A DNA stretch of 64,000 bases, from positions 37,324,001-37,388,000 of the forward strand of contig OX597830.1 of the NCBI GenBank assembly GCA_951406725.2. Direction: 5' to 3'. Of this stretch, positions 11,339 through 24,790 are shown piece after piece. Origin of the DNA: Octopus vulgaris. Its lineage: Eukaryota. Numbering within the stretch: the first letter of the stretch is position 1; every line of letters starts with the position of its first letter. The notes beneath the pieces were generated by a model. The model ran no database searches. It was given only the letters and a program-made list of their open reading frames with translations, and had not been told where the DNA came from. Made by a program: the position numbers and the translations under genes.

Positions 11339-12394
11339 ATGAATCAAGCCTCCACCTATTTACTTAAGGCAGTATCCAACTATTCATGCTGGTGTGCCAT
11401 TATTTCCGCAGTTTGAAGTCGTCTTTGAAATATCATTGCAAGAGACACGTTGGTTAATCTCAGACTTTTTGGATGAATTCATTTGTTTCGCTTGAATGAA
11501 TTTATAATATATATATATTAATAGTTCGTTTGATGTTTCTAAAATCTATGAAGCAAGTTTTTTTTTGTATTCATATCTATGAAAAAGTTTCTAAAGAATC
11601 TTTGAAAACTTGTTCTTGCTTTTTTTTTTTTTTCAATTCCTTTACAAAATTTGTCTTTGTCTCTAATTGACAGTATTCTTGGCTTGTTTACTTTTTCTGA
11701 AATAGCAATTTGTGAAGAATTGTGTCGTTCGTTAATTGATAAACCTTTCAATAGATGTATTACAAGTTTATCCAGGCGAACCAATTTAATTAATCCAAAC
11801 GGCCTCGAATATCTTCTGCAATTCACGGCGGTGTCTTTTCCAATGATAGTTTAAAGACAGATTTCAAACCATGAAAATAATGTCATGCCAGCATGAATGT
11901 ATTCATACTGCATTACGAAAAGTGAGAAAATGAGAAAGAAAAATGAAAATAAAAAATGCAAATCAGATTATGCGTCTCATTACAGTTGGCTCCTGGTGTT
12001 TTTGAAGAAAAGAGTGACAAAGACGTTTGTAACTAAGCGCAGAAAAACTCTACCAACGAATTTCGTGTGTAAAGCACTTATTCATCGCTGACGTAAATAT
12101 TTTTACCTGATAAACACTGACCTGCTTTGTGAGAGAGACATGTACACGCGCAATACATGCCTGTATATATACAGCTTTGGCCAAAAGCCACCCGACAGTA
12201 AATCAAAATTCCATGAGTACAATCTGTAATTCTGTAGTGACTCAAATGGAAAAATGTGTCACCCAAGAAGGACTTCAGTTTGAACAATTTTCATGATGTT
12301 ACATATTTAGATGTCTTTTATTAAATTCATTCAGTTGATAAAAAAATAAATCTTGCAATTAAATGGTTTTGATTTATATCACGTATATATTTTT

Positions 12395-12710
12395 AATTGC
12401 GGCTGTGCTTGTGCAACTCTCTGAAATTTTAACCGAATGTATCGAACCCAGTATATTTTTTTAAAGCACGATGTTTAATCTATCGATAGCCTTTGCCGAA
12501 CCTCTAAGTTACGGAAATCTAAAGACAGCAGTACCGGTTGTCAAACAGTGGTGGGAACATATATACATATATACGACAGGCTCCTTTCAGTTTCCGTCAA
12601 CTGATCCCACTCACATGAATTTGATCGGCCCAAGGCTATAGTAGAAGAGACTTGTCCAAGATAATACGCAGCGGCACTGAATCCTGAAACAAGCAAGCCT
12701 CTTATCACAC
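12395..12710 (-). mobile_element. Decayed SINE family A
   Basis: TACGACAGGCTCCTTTCAGTTTCCGTC..GGCTATAGTAGAAGAGACTTG matches 28030-28130. Confidence 0.7.
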
Positions 12711-13479
12711 ATTTCTTGTGGATGAATATTGGTTTTGGTTTGGGAGGCATTTCTTACAACTAGAATATCAAGCAATCCCGGAATTGTTCATTTGTTCTCT
12801 CGTGCGTCTATGCAAATGCTATAAAACTTTGCATCCATAATATATATATATATATATACATACACATACACACACATACATATCTGTATGTATACATGAA
12901 TATACATACAAATGTGTATACACATCTATATGCATAATATGATGTGCACACATACACACATATGGTACAAAAAAGAATAAAAGCACGAACACGCTGTTAA
13001 GAAACAAATGAACAGGTTGTATTATGTTAACTCTCAGGAAAATTAGAAAAACATCTAATGTATCAGGAATTCGTTTTTCTACGGATAGGATAGATGACGA
13101 GAAAATAAATGGAGTGACAAGAACAAACTTGTCTCAGCTGGAGGGTAACCGGAAAAACTTGTAGAGAAAGGGAAACGATTCTACTTAGAATGATGAAACT
13201 CGAAGCAGATAAAGCTATAAATTATAGCAACTAAATATTAGAAACAAAAATTCGGGGTATCCGTAATCATACCTGTAAGTATGCCAGGTGTTCTAAATTT
13301 GGCCAAAACGATATTTCAAATTTCTTTATGTTTAAACATTTCATTCTTACCAACGTATATTGTATTTGTGATATGATAGAATGTTAGTATCTTCAAGAGA
13401 ACGTAAAATAATACTTTCTTAGAACGGTGTAACTTGAAGCAGATAAAGCCATAAATAATCCTATCTATTAAAGTAATGA

Positions 13480-13651
13480 AGGGGTAAGTCGGTTACATCG
13501 ATCCCACTGTTTCACTGTTGTTTAATTTATCGAATCCGAAGCGATGAAACGCAATGTCGACAGCGGCGGAATTTGAACGCAGAACGTGAAGACAGACGAA
13601 ACACGGCCAAGCATTTCGCCCAGTGTGCTTGCGATTTTGTCACCCCCGACC
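13480..13651 (-). mobile_element. SINE family B
   Basis: GGCGGAATTTGAACGCAGAACGT..GCATTTCGCCCAGTGTGCT matches the reverse complement of 48580-48740. Confidence 0.75.
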
Positions 13652-14117
13652 TGTATCTTCTTTAAGCACAACCCGCATCTTCTTTAAGCGCGACAGGTAT
13701 TCTACCAATCGGAGTAGAACACACCTGCCAACAAGTTATGTCTTGAAAAGAACTTACATGTCTTGCAAACAACTTGCACATGCAAGTGCTATCAGTCAAG
13801 AACTCTGCATACCAGAAGTCAGGAAGTGTATGTGGTCATCAGGAGAGAATACGCGCCGTTTCGGGGCCTACCTCTCGACGGCATCAATGCGCACCGGCCC
13901 CCTCACTGATATGAGGCCCCGTTTGCTAGATTAACTGGTTATTAAATAAACCTGAATATTTCTCTAGCCATCGCTCATCGTCTCTTTTTAATCAAATCCA
14001 GTGGCTAGCCATCTCCACTGTGGTTTGGTTATCGGTCGTGGTGGTATTTAATTTACGATGAGTTAGGCCTATCAATAACAACTGTCGTCTCACACTGTGT
14101 CCAACAAACCCTCTACA
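13652..14117 (+). mobile_element. Candidate solo LTR
   Basis: GC-richer segment bounded by TGTA...TACA, with an internal CCAAT and AATAAA (~13946). No TSD seen. Confidence 0.3.
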
Positions 14118-14960
14118 TCCAACTTCGATTGGAAAATACTCCGCTTTCCAGCCTGCGTCTTCAAATTCCTCGAGGAGGTTTACATAACGGTCAATCTGTC
14201 GAACCCGATAATATGAATTCTAATATAAACGTTAACAAAATGTTGCGCCTAAATTTAATGATAAATTTCTATCACAATTTTTATGTTATTTTACATGTTA
14301 TCGTTCAGTGCCTGATTTGTTCTTTTCCCGAACAGTAATAACCAAAGTAACAAACTTTTCTGAGTTCTGAGCTGTTTGATCATTTCGTGTGATTTTCCAA
14401 TTTCTTTTTGTGATGAATATTAGTTTTGGTTTGGGAGGCATTTCTTACAACTAGAATATCAAGCAATCCCAGAATTATTCATTTGTTCTCTCGTGTGTCC
14501 ATGCAAATGCTATAAAACTTTGCATCCATAAAATGATTTCGTATTAACGAACGTAGTTTCTGATGCATATATTTTGCTGCATTCCAGCATAAATTATATT
14601 TATCTAATTAGAATGATATTATGTGTAACCAGCCCAGTGTTGAGCGATATCAAATTCTGGCAGGAATAAAATTTACTTCATGATTATTAAGTGAATCCAT
14701 ATTCTTTTTACAATAAAGAATTAGAACCTAACTGGTGATTAACTTTTTTATTAATTTAATGAATATTCAACGAATAGCCATGGACGATGCATCAGTTTTT
14801 CTCTGGCTGTTGACGTTCTCATTCCTAATCCTAAAACATCTTGAATTATTTCCCACAGTGGGGATCACTAATTCAAAGAAATTTTTTCTCTGAAAACATC
14901 GGCAGCGCAACAATAGAAGAGATTTAAGATAAGCTTAATTTTATGTGTCCTTCTTTATGT

Positions 14961-15040
14961 GTCTTTCTTTTTAATGGGAGATATTCCCAATTAACATTAT
15001 AAAATGTTAATTGGGAATATCTCCCATTAAAAAGAAAGAC
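14961..15040. repeat. Perfect inverted repeat (38-bp arms, 4-nt loop)
   Basis: GTCTTTCTTTTTAATGGGAGATATTCCCAATTAACATT-ATAA-AATGTTAATTGGGAATATCTCCCATTAAAAAGAAAGAC. Confidence 0.95.
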
Positions 15041-15816
15041 AAGAGGCGTTGATCTTTAACCCGTAAAAATAACATGCAGTTTTGGAAAATTGGATTTGTC
15101 CAACAAATGTTGAATTTTTATATCGTTAAATTTCGTGTTGTTGTACATGGAATGGATTTCAGATGTGATCTCACGTGGCGCGGCTGTAGTCGCATTAACT
15201 TTTAAATGCCGTATCTGCCATCGATGTAATACGAAAGAGAAAACGCAGGTGTTGACATGCATGAAGCTTCATTAATCCAGCATAAATACAGCTGTTGCAG
15301 CTGTTCCTTACGTTCAAATGAGTGATCATCTGCTGGGATGAAAAGCAATTTACGAGGAATGGGGAATCTGAAAGTGTGTACAAGTGAAATTTATGAATTA
15401 TGTAAGACATAATGATCGTGCACAATGCTTCAAGAAAAGGCACTGTGCACAATAATTGTTTGCTATAAGGTCAAATCTGGTTGACAATCTTTAGCATAAC
15501 GATGGTTCAGAAACTGATGAGAGCAGTAGAAAATAGTCAATCATGGGATGAAAGGCGCATGTAAAAAGAAAGCTATACTTCGAAGGAATTGTATAATATA
15601 CTCAGTATTTGCGTGATTGAAGATGTAGCAATTGCTTCCATTTTAGTGAGGTAACTCTCTGAAAAACGAAAAAAAAAAAATCATACATAACATTGAAGCA
15701 ACATAAGCAATACAGTGTTTCGTAACACCAGTGCAAACCGGTAACACTTACAGGAGCATTGCTTTCTGATGTTGCTCACAACATTGTGCGTATGTGTGTG
15801 TATGTGTGTGGATATT

Positions 15817-15885
<69 letters not shown>

Positions 15886-15932
15886 TATATATGTATGTAT
15901 ATATATGTACATGTATGTATGTATGTATGTAT

Positions 15933-15999
<67 letters not shown>

Positions 16000-16105
16000 T
16001 ATATATATCAATTGAATAAATAGCATCAGGAGTACGTTTAGACTGCTATTTAATGAACATTACACGTCTTAGATCCACACATACACAGGATTTAAATTAT
16101 GCAAC

Positions 16106-16448
16106 GGTATTGTTTTTCAGTCGCGTTTGTTCGTTTGTCGTGGACAAGATATCTCAAGAATCACTGGATGGATTCGAATGAAACTTGCAGGGATGTTTGG
16201 CCTGGTAACTGGCACGAACTGATTAGATTTTGGTATCGATCCGGTACCGGACAAGGTTTCTGGACTGTTTATCCGTTTTTTTAAAATTGAATTTTGAGAG
16301 CGATCGGGTTCATTTTTAGTATTCTCGTTTGCAAGAGCAGTCGAGTTTATTTGAGATATTCCCATTTTAAAAATCATCTCTGTCTGATCGTTGAGAAGAT
16401 GTTCGTGTTGCCTTGGCGGAGGTTTGCGCTCCCTTAGTGCTCTCGTTT
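16106..16448 (+). mobile_element. Non-autonomous Helentron-type (HINE/DINE-like) element, 5'-truncated
   Basis: Homologous to 31867-32208; the 3' end CCTTGGCGGAGGTTTGCGCTCCCTTAGTGC has the subterminal repeat and hairpin. Confidence 0.65.
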
Positions 16449-16679
16449 GACTATCATTATTTTTATACTCATCTGGTGGCCTTTTGATTCTGTTTTCGTG
16501 ATATTCTGTTTGATCGTTAGTGTCCGGATCATTGTGGAATCGGCAATCTATTTTGTTGGAACTTTTTCGATGATTCATTTCAATCTTGTTGCAAACGACT
16601 TTTACGTTATCTGAGTTTTTGCAACTCGGGTTTCAGTTCCATAATATCTTCTTGATTGTGTCGAGAACGATGAAAACAT

Positions 16680-16959
16680 TTTGAAAATTTTGCGTAATCC
16701 TCCGAGAATGTAATGCCAAGCATTTGGCAAAATTTGATGCAGATTCTGTGCTCAAACTTCTCTCTGATGGCCAATGCGACGATCACACGCTACACACTTT
16801 CCTTCCAAGCACTAGTGTAAACACGGCCTGTGAGAACATTAAAACTTAGAGCGCATGCACAACAAAGTTCAAGGTCAATCTGTGTCAAGCGGCTTTACTA
16901 TGTATGCTTTTGCTTCGTTACTATGGCAACAGTCCGGATACTTATTGATCAGACCACGT
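16680..16959 (-). mobile_element. Mariner transposon 5' fragment
   Basis: TIR-like ACGTGGTCTGATCAATAAGTATCCGG (16934-16959, minus), then KFEHRICIKFCQMLG, matching the mariner N-terminal EQR.CIKFC..LG. Confidence 0.7.
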
Positions 16960-17054
16960 GTATGTGCGTGTGTATGTGTGTGTATTTGTATGTATGATCG
17001 TTTCTTTGAATTTCAGTGCTTCTTGACAGAGTTGAAGCCGGCTGATAACTAAGC

Positions 17055-17325
17055 AAGGCAGCCCCAATGTTGGTATGAGTACTGACACTCTAAACACATT
17101 TTGGTCCACTGTTTTATTAAATATAGAGTGTTCCGAGGTGCAAATTTTCTTTATTCGGCTGTAATATTCTTTAGTGTTACGTGTTTTGTTACGAGTGTCA
17201 TTGTAAGATATGTTTTCATCCACCCCTAGATACCTGTAACATTCCTCATCAGATGCAGTGGAAACACTCAAGTCACTGATGGTGATGTTTCTAGTCTGGT
17301 TTACAGTTTTCCATTCTTTTCACAA
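17055..17325 (-). mobile_element. R4/Dong-type (RLE) non-LTR RT/thumb remnant
   Basis: YRYLGVDENI...KEYYSRIKKICTSEHSIFNKTVDQNVF matches YKYLG..KEY..R..KI..S.L...NK..A.N.F. Confidence 0.75.
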
Positions 17326-17754
17326 CCATGTATGTATCTATGTGATGATACATTGTGGTAGAGTCGTGCGATTTCTTCCGGAATGTAATTAAGGTTATAT
17401 CTTAGCTCATTTTTCGTAAGTACTTTAAGGAAAGTTTCTTGTATGGAAATTCATAATGATTCTTTCGATAAATTTATAGTATATTTAACTCGTCAAATTG
17501 TGTTAGTAAATATTAAAACCACATAGGTATATTATTATAGAAATGCGAGTAAACTTTGACATTGATTTCGTTCAAAATGTTAACGCCTTATATGGGATTC
17601 TTGCATGAGAGAGGATAGGCAAAGCTTTGGATATAAGTATTCAATAGATTATTTTAAGTACAGTTATAAAACATAGAATATTCTGATATTGAAAAGTGTG
17701 TCTTAATCCAATAAAAAGGCAAATGTATACAAAATAACCAGAAAATCAATGACC

Positions 17755-17985
17755 GTTCCTGAGCCCTGGGCCCATTTCCGGTTTTCTTAGTTAGTGGTGT
17801 ATATGTTCTCCACCTGGGCGGGACTCCGGTTTCTCGCAGCATTACACATTTTTACTAGTTGAGTTGACTGGAGAAATTTGAAATGAAGTTTTTGCTCAAG
17901 AATGCAAAGCATTGCCGGTTCAGTAGTCGAAATTATAATTTTACGATAATATGTGCATCACCACAACCACTAAGTCACATGCCAC
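17755..17985 (-). mobile_element. Decayed tRNA-derived SINE
   Basis: TGAGTTGACTGGAG..TGAAGTTTTTGCTCAAGAA..AACCACTAAGTCACATGCC, related to family D. Confidence 0.55.
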
Positions 17986-18102
17986 CACCAAGTACACACG
18001 CACACTCACACACGCAGACACACATGCACACATACACACACAAACACACACACACACATATATATATATTTATCAAAATAAAAACATGATGCAAAGGATT
18101 TA

Positions 18103-18189
18103 GCGGTACATATGTTTCGGGCCTTTATTAGACGGTATATAACAATGCATAATTGATGTAAATGTGTGTCTATAGTCTTCTTCAGCCGC
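18103..18189 (-). ncRNA. Type I hammerhead motif with long stem II
   Basis: Minus: GCGG-CUGAAGA-[AGACUAUAGAC..GUCUAAUAAAGGCCC]-GAA-ACAUAUGU-A-CCGC. Canonical core and palindromic stem III; base of stem II is imperfect. Confidence 0.7.
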
Positions 18190-18539
18190 GTACAATTACT
18201 ACTTCAAGGACATGTATTACATTATAAGTTTTACGTTGGGGATGCAAATCCTCATAGTCGCGTACGGCAGAGCGAGGCACCAAAACAAAAATCATATATA
18301 TATATGTATACATATTTTTTTCTGCCATGATACCTGGTATAAGTTGGATTATATGTCATTCAAGATAGAATTTTATATGATTTAAATCTCTAATTCATTT
18401 AGAATATGCCGTTTCAAATTGCAATCCATTCAGAGATATAAATATAGACATGAATGACATAAACTTGATTCTAGCAAGTTACGCAAAAATTTTTGAAAAT
18501 CGTTAGTTCTTTAATTGTCTCGAATATATTGATGAATAT

Positions 18540-18935
18540 ACAAAAGTTTGATCAAAAGCAACAGCTAGATATAAAACGAAGGATTATGGATGCTAAGTTA
18601 TTAGAATTTCTGTTTCAACTCAAATTATCCGTCGAATGCGTTCGATTAAATAGAGAACTGATACGTAAGGGATCATTCGATTGTTCGATTTTTCGGAAAG
18701 ATAATTTAAATATGACAGTTGCGTTAATGTCAACGATATAGATATGGTTTCATGCAAAAAGATGAAAGAATTTGTTGAACTTTGTATGAAGAAATTGGAG
18801 ATGACAAGAAGAATTATCTTTCCGCTATATGGTCAGCAGTTCATTTGTAGGAGAAATATCAATTCATTTAAGCGAATGATAATTGATGAACGGCATTGTA
18901 AGTATATAGTTAAAGAAAGTATAGGCAAACTGTGA
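18540..18935 (+). pseudogene. Highly decayed mariner-like transposase fragment
   Basis: LLEFLFQLKLS... and FKRMIIDE weakly resemble the mariner HTH start and the RI.TGDE motif. Confidence 0.3.
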
Positions 18936-19443
18936 TAGCCTGTGGCCCAGAGGGTGAAGTATTCAACTTGTGATCGTAATATACTTTTAACTCATGGATA
19001 AGTTGGCCCGTTGTAATCTTGAGGAGGTTGCTACTGCCTTTGATTGTGCAGATATTAGAAATAACATTATTTGGAGGTTGAAGGGTTAAAGTTGCAGTGG
19101 ATTAGCATTCTGTTTGAATAGAAGCTGTTTACTCTGAGTTGCTTGTATTCTTTCCATATCATGATAAGTAATAGGCACGAGGAACACAAACGGAAAGCGA
19201 TACAAAACTCTCTACAGAAATAGGCGTATAGAGCTAGCAAGTAGTTTGTGTACGTAACATTCTCGGTCGTAATACTTAATGAATTGCAGTGATTGCTTCT
19301 TAAAACGCACCAATAACGCCAATATCATTCAAATTACTGTAATAATGTTTACATGCACAACGACATAGACACACTTCCGAATCTTTCTTTCCTCCTCTAT
19401 AAGTATACACAATATATATAGCACATATGATATGTAGTATAGG

Positions 19444-19488
<45 letters not shown>

Positions 19489-19622
19489 TAGAGCATCTCT
19501 CAAGTATATATATATATATGTGTAGATATATATGCATATATATATGCATATATATATATGTATATATATATATATATGTATATGTATATGTATATGTATA
19601 TATATATATGTATATGTATATA

Positions 19623-19681
<59 letters not shown>

Positions 19682-19730
19682 CCACGAGCATAACGTGATA
19701 TCATTTAAAGATACAACCTCTTAGAACTCA

Positions 19731-19880
19731 AGGAGGTGGCGGAAGCGTTACCGTGCCGGGCAAAATGCTTAGCGACATTTCGTTCGTTTTTACGTTCTGA
19801 GTTCAAATGTCACAAATGTGGACTTTACATTTCATCCTTTCGGTATCGATAAATTAAGCACCAGTTGAGCGCTGGGGCCT
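19731..19880 (+). mobile_element. SINE family B (3'-truncated)
   Basis: TTACGTTCTGAGTTCAAAT..TTTCATCCTTTCGGTATCGATAAATTAAG. Confidence 0.75.
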
Positions 19881-20514
19881 CCAAAATATCACAACAAGAC
19901 TCTATATCTGTATTGTCACTCAAACAAATTTGAACACAAAAATAGGCTGCAAATATGCCACGATTTTTTTTGCCTTACATTCATTAAAATCACAGCCCAG
20001 GAGGTAAAAGTTTTTAACTGAAGGTTTTCATATTCAATATTTGGCCAATGATTGCTAATAGGAAGAACTTTGATATTTGAAAGTGCTCTATTTACGTTGT
20101 GGTTTGTTACTTTATAATTATGGATGCAATAAATCTGGATAAATTTTAATATCTATCATTCATAACCGCATCAATGAAACTCCTGACTACTTTGTCTGAA
20201 TGCACCCAGTTTGCAGGGACACGATGTGTTCCGGTACACAATACTTAAATTTATATACATTGATTTGTTTACGATTAGTCAATAAAATCATTATAACACT
20301 AACCTTTTGATTATGGAACTCTTAAATGGAATCCGCTTATCGCTACATTCCAACATAAATATATACATATATCGAAAAATATTCATAATATAAATGTTTG
20401 CTTACACACATACTCACAAACACACACACAGCGATAGCTTCATGAATGTATCTACTCACACAAATACATACTTACATACATACATACATATATATATAGC
20501 ACATATGATATATA

Positions 20515-20551
<37 letters not shown>

Positions 20552-20590
20552 CATATATATATATATGTATATATATATAAATATACATAC

Positions 20591-20640
<50 letters not shown>

Positions 20641-23307
20641 AATTTGCTATCTATAAATTCTGTCATTGCACAGTTGCACAATATTATCAACAAATATATA
20701 TACACACACACATACACATGCACACACACATATGCGCACACACACACAAACACAAACACACATACACACATACAGTATTATTGATAATACTGTGCAATGA
20801 CTCAGAATTTATAGATTGCAAATTATATTGTCGTAATATCATTTTGCTTATTTTTTTCGATTTGCCGCATCAATATCTTAAATAATATGAAAAAACGTTA
20901 CTTTCCTCACTTGGAATCTGCGAATAGTTAATGATAATAATTTTCTCTGTCGATAACGAAATTAGATTTCATATTTTATTTTATTATGTTTTCTATTTTT
21001 ATTTATGCAATTCAGATTTGGAAGCAAATATTTGCTTTAGTTTTTATACGTGACTGCCTTCATTAACCAAGCGAGATTGTATGTTGCTTTTGTTGAGCTA
21101 TTAAATTTTTTACACATAATTTTTAGCGCCTTCAGGGACACACATCTGCAAATTACTAACTTCTTGCATGTTATAATTGCCGCTCAGACTATGTGTCTTA
21201 CGAATAGATTTTTATCCATCGGGGACCAATAGTAACGTGAAATAAAATTGCTTTCAAACGATTAAATCTTCCATTAAACATTTCTGTGTCGGAATATGTA
21301 TAATTGATGATTGAAGTTATACATCTGTAATCTATCTTTGCAATTTACACTTGTTAGAGAACATTGATGAATGATGAGAAATAGATATTACCTGCTGAAA
21401 ACCTCAGGATACACCTTTGGTAAAATACATCATTATCATTTCGAATTATCAATGGAATACTTATTGCGAAGAGCTAACAAATCTCAAATCTTAACCTGAC
21501 AATTTAATCAATTTTATTATAATAGATTCTACATCTTTGACATTATACATGCATAATCAAACACATACACACATGCGCGAGCAAACACATACACATAAAC
21601 ACACAGACGTACACACACAGTATTAACGACTACTAACATGCTTGTATAACCCAACATATCATGCCTTACATATTACTTTCCTAATATGTGCTTCACAGCC
21701 TAAAAAACACAACTTATCTGAACTCTACCGAATGTCTTTGGTGATGGTGTTTCACATTTTGAGGTAATCAAGGATTAAAATAATAAATATCTATGAGATA
21801 TTGGTAATTCTTGTCTTCACTTATATTTATATACAGATGTTGTTGTGCTATTAATTGGAATGAAAACAATAATAGAATAAGAATTTCATTCGGGTCTGCC
21901 GATTTAATTTTCCCAACAATGTATTAAGATAATATTCAATACTGCCGATATGTATGTATAGCGTATACATCTATATACATCTTTTTACGGACATCATATA
22001 CATCTTTTTACGGACAAGTACCTTTGGACATAGCGTAAGAAAAACATCAGAGATGCAATTTCCTAACGGCTTCGGAACCCTCTTATTAAGGAATCTCAAA
22101 TGATATTAACGGGAAGGTTTTATGAGTAATATATGATATAACAGTAACATAATTACGGTCATAATCTTGTATATTTATACGTAAGCAAATGGCAGTTGAT
22201 TGCTTTGGTAATTCTTTTGAGTGATTATAAAATTCTGATTTACACGTTGAGGATTTGTTTAAATTAGACGCAATTATAAATATACTGAAGAATCAAGAAC
22301 AATCCAGTTTATAGTTAATCCTTCAGATTGATATAAATTATATTCATAAATATGGCTTTTATTGGAATAGGCACAATATTAGTTTGCGAACTATGGGAAA
22401 TTAAATTAATTTCTTAAGCATACACACGCGCAATCACATATATACAAACACACACTCACTCACTCACGTACAAGTAGACACACACATGCAAACTCACATG
22501 TACACACTGTAGCTTATGTAATAACATGTTTGGAATTTACATAAGTTCGAATTACCGAGTATTAATTAATAAACAGTCTATATTTATAGCATGAGACCTA
22601 AACTGCAGTGCATGAAGTAAGGTCCAGTTGATGAATTGGGAATTGATATTCAATCGATTCTCGCCGAATTTCATTCAACATTATATCCTAAAATATCTCG
22701 GAAAACATTTAGACCCAGGAAAATACAAGCAGAAAACAACGCAGATGGAACTCAGCAATACTGGACATTATTACTAAAAGATTCATACGTCCAAATATTA
22801 ATGTTCGAGAAAAAAATTCACAGAAGCAGTCAAATTGAGTGTGTTTTTTGTTTGTCAATCTAAATGCCAATTTATATTCATGATAAGCTTGAGATATCAT
22901 TTCTCACGGCACAATGAAGTAACTATAAGTAGAAACTTGACTATAAGTCTTGTCATTCCAGCTCAAATGTTGGCTTGGATGTAGACAAAAGATTGAGCAT
23001 TTTTAAAATTTAGAAAGAAAAACAACACAAACAAGACTTGTCACATTTTAATCGTATTTTGAATATAAGATAATGAGATTTACAACTAAGATGTTTAATT
23101 ATTTATTCACTCATATAAATGAAATCATTATTTTAATGTCACTCTTATAAACCAACGACATCATTCAATGGTCCAAGTCTTGTTGTGATATTGCTACTTT
23201 CATGACTAATGAAAATTTTAGCAAAGTGTTTTTGAAAATATATAAAATACAAACATTATTATACTGGATTTATCTGGCCTTGTACCTAAATTATATTTAT
23301 TTTATTT

Positions 23308-23598
23308 ATACGCCCTTTACAAGCCTAGTCAGGCTCTTTGGCCCGGTTTTCCGGTTTCTGTGACGTATGTGTTCCCTCCCTAGCTGGACTGGACGCCAGT
23401 CCATCGCAGCGTTTCTCAAGAAACAGGAAGAAAGAGTGAGAAAACGATGGGGCGAAAAAGTACAACAGGGGTTGCCACCACCCCCTGCCGGAGCATCGCG
23501 GAGCTTTAGGTGTTTTCGTTCAATAAACACACACAACGCCTGGTCTGGCAATCGAAACCGCGAGTCCGCTGCCCTAACTCCTGGGCCATTGCGCCTCT
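23308..23598 (-). mobile_element. tRNA-derived SINE family C
   Basis: Minus head GAGGCGCAATGGCCCAGGAGTTAGGGCAGCGGACTCGCGG; internal CTGCGATGGACTGGCGTCC; flanked by direct repeat ACCTAAATTATA (TSD). Confidence 0.8.
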
Positions 23599-23679
23599 AC
23601 ACCTAAATTATAACCAAAACTTAAACAAAAACAGAATTGATGGATGAACGTGAAAGGAAAACGAACGGAATGAATTCGT

Positions 23680-24010
23680 CGGACATCTTGATAGAGATCC
23701 AACCAAATTTGGAGATGGAAATCACCGCTAAAATATCGAACTCACGACAAATGGTAACAATACCACCTAAAGAGACATCTTTGTATAAAGGAGCGAAACT
23801 AGAGATAGTATATCAGTTCAAATACCCCGATGATATTGTTCATGTAAAGTTACCTAGACCCGAATACTTTGGAAGAAGCAGATACGCTGTGAGTGCATAA
23901 ACTTGCACAAGCAAACTGAAGTCGATATTGGTAGATAGGAATATCTCCATAGATAGCAACATCCGACACCAACTCAGATAGATATTTTCCGTTTTCTTGC
24001 AGGCATGAAC
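23680..24010 (+). mobile_element. Decayed RTE-clade LINE fragment
   Basis: MEITAK..KLEIVYQFKYPDDIV (YLG motif), then SKLKSILVDRNISIDSNIR..SVFLQA. Confidence 0.65.
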
Positions 24011-24197
24011 ACATTCTGCAGATATACCCATGAAGGTGCGAGTAATATGTTTAACTATTTATATTAGACGGAAGAAAAATAAGAAATTCATACATTCATA
24101 CACTCTAAAATGTCATTGCACTCTGCTAATACGTATCTGTTCTGTCTATTTGTATTCTCTCCGTGTGTGTGTCTGCCCGATTCTTTGTGTCTGTATT

Positions 24198-24229
<32 letters not shown>

Positions 24230-24256
24230 TTTGTACACACACACACACATACACAC

Positions 24257-24339
<83 letters not shown>

Positions 24340-24342
<3 letters not shown>

Positions 24343-24790
24343 TATCTAGAAGACACAAAGAGTGGGAGGTAACGCGAAGTGCTATGGACAGGCCGTAGTT
24401 AAACCCTTGGTTCGATTGTGATACGAGTGAAGAATCTAATGTGGGTCTTGTATTAGCATGCATTATATATTGGACAAAATGAGATAATAAAGTCAATGCT
24501 GCAACGAGTTTGCACGACATTTATAAGGAAAAGATATAGATATAGGCTTACAGCTGTTTCTGGGATATTATATATATCCCTTCATCAGAGTCGATGTGAG
24601 ATGGTTAAATAGAGGTAAATATTTCAGTTCGAGATAAGGAATTATTTTGGAAAAGGTGATAGGAAATATAGAGGGATAAAAGAGAATGAAAGTAGAAATA
24701 AAATATAAAATATATAAAGATATTTTAGTTGCAGTTCCAGTATTCGAGGAAAGTGGTGTATAGAAGTGGTAAAAAAAGTTTCCTGCATAT
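24340..24790 (-). mobile_element. Penelope-like pLTR fragment next to (TA)n
   Basis: Starts at the edge of the TA tract and contains the hammerhead at 24545-24592. Confidence 0.5.
24545..24592 (-). ncRNA. Type I hammerhead motif
   Basis: Minus: GACU-CUGAUGA-A-GGGAUAU-AUAUA-AUAUCCC-A-GAA-ACAGCUGU-A-AGCC. Canonical core, 7-bp stem II, palindromic stem III, one stem I mismatch. Confidence 0.75.

Noticed and set aside
11539-11860. Coding exon, including a chance EKTPP.IAEDI (MreB-like) string
   Set aside because: In-frame stops, no splice signals and no extended similarity.
13836-13921. Type II hammerhead (minus GAAAC..GTA..CTGATGA)
   Set aside because: The 7-nt linker TTCTCTC cannot form stem I, and the stem II arms do not pair.
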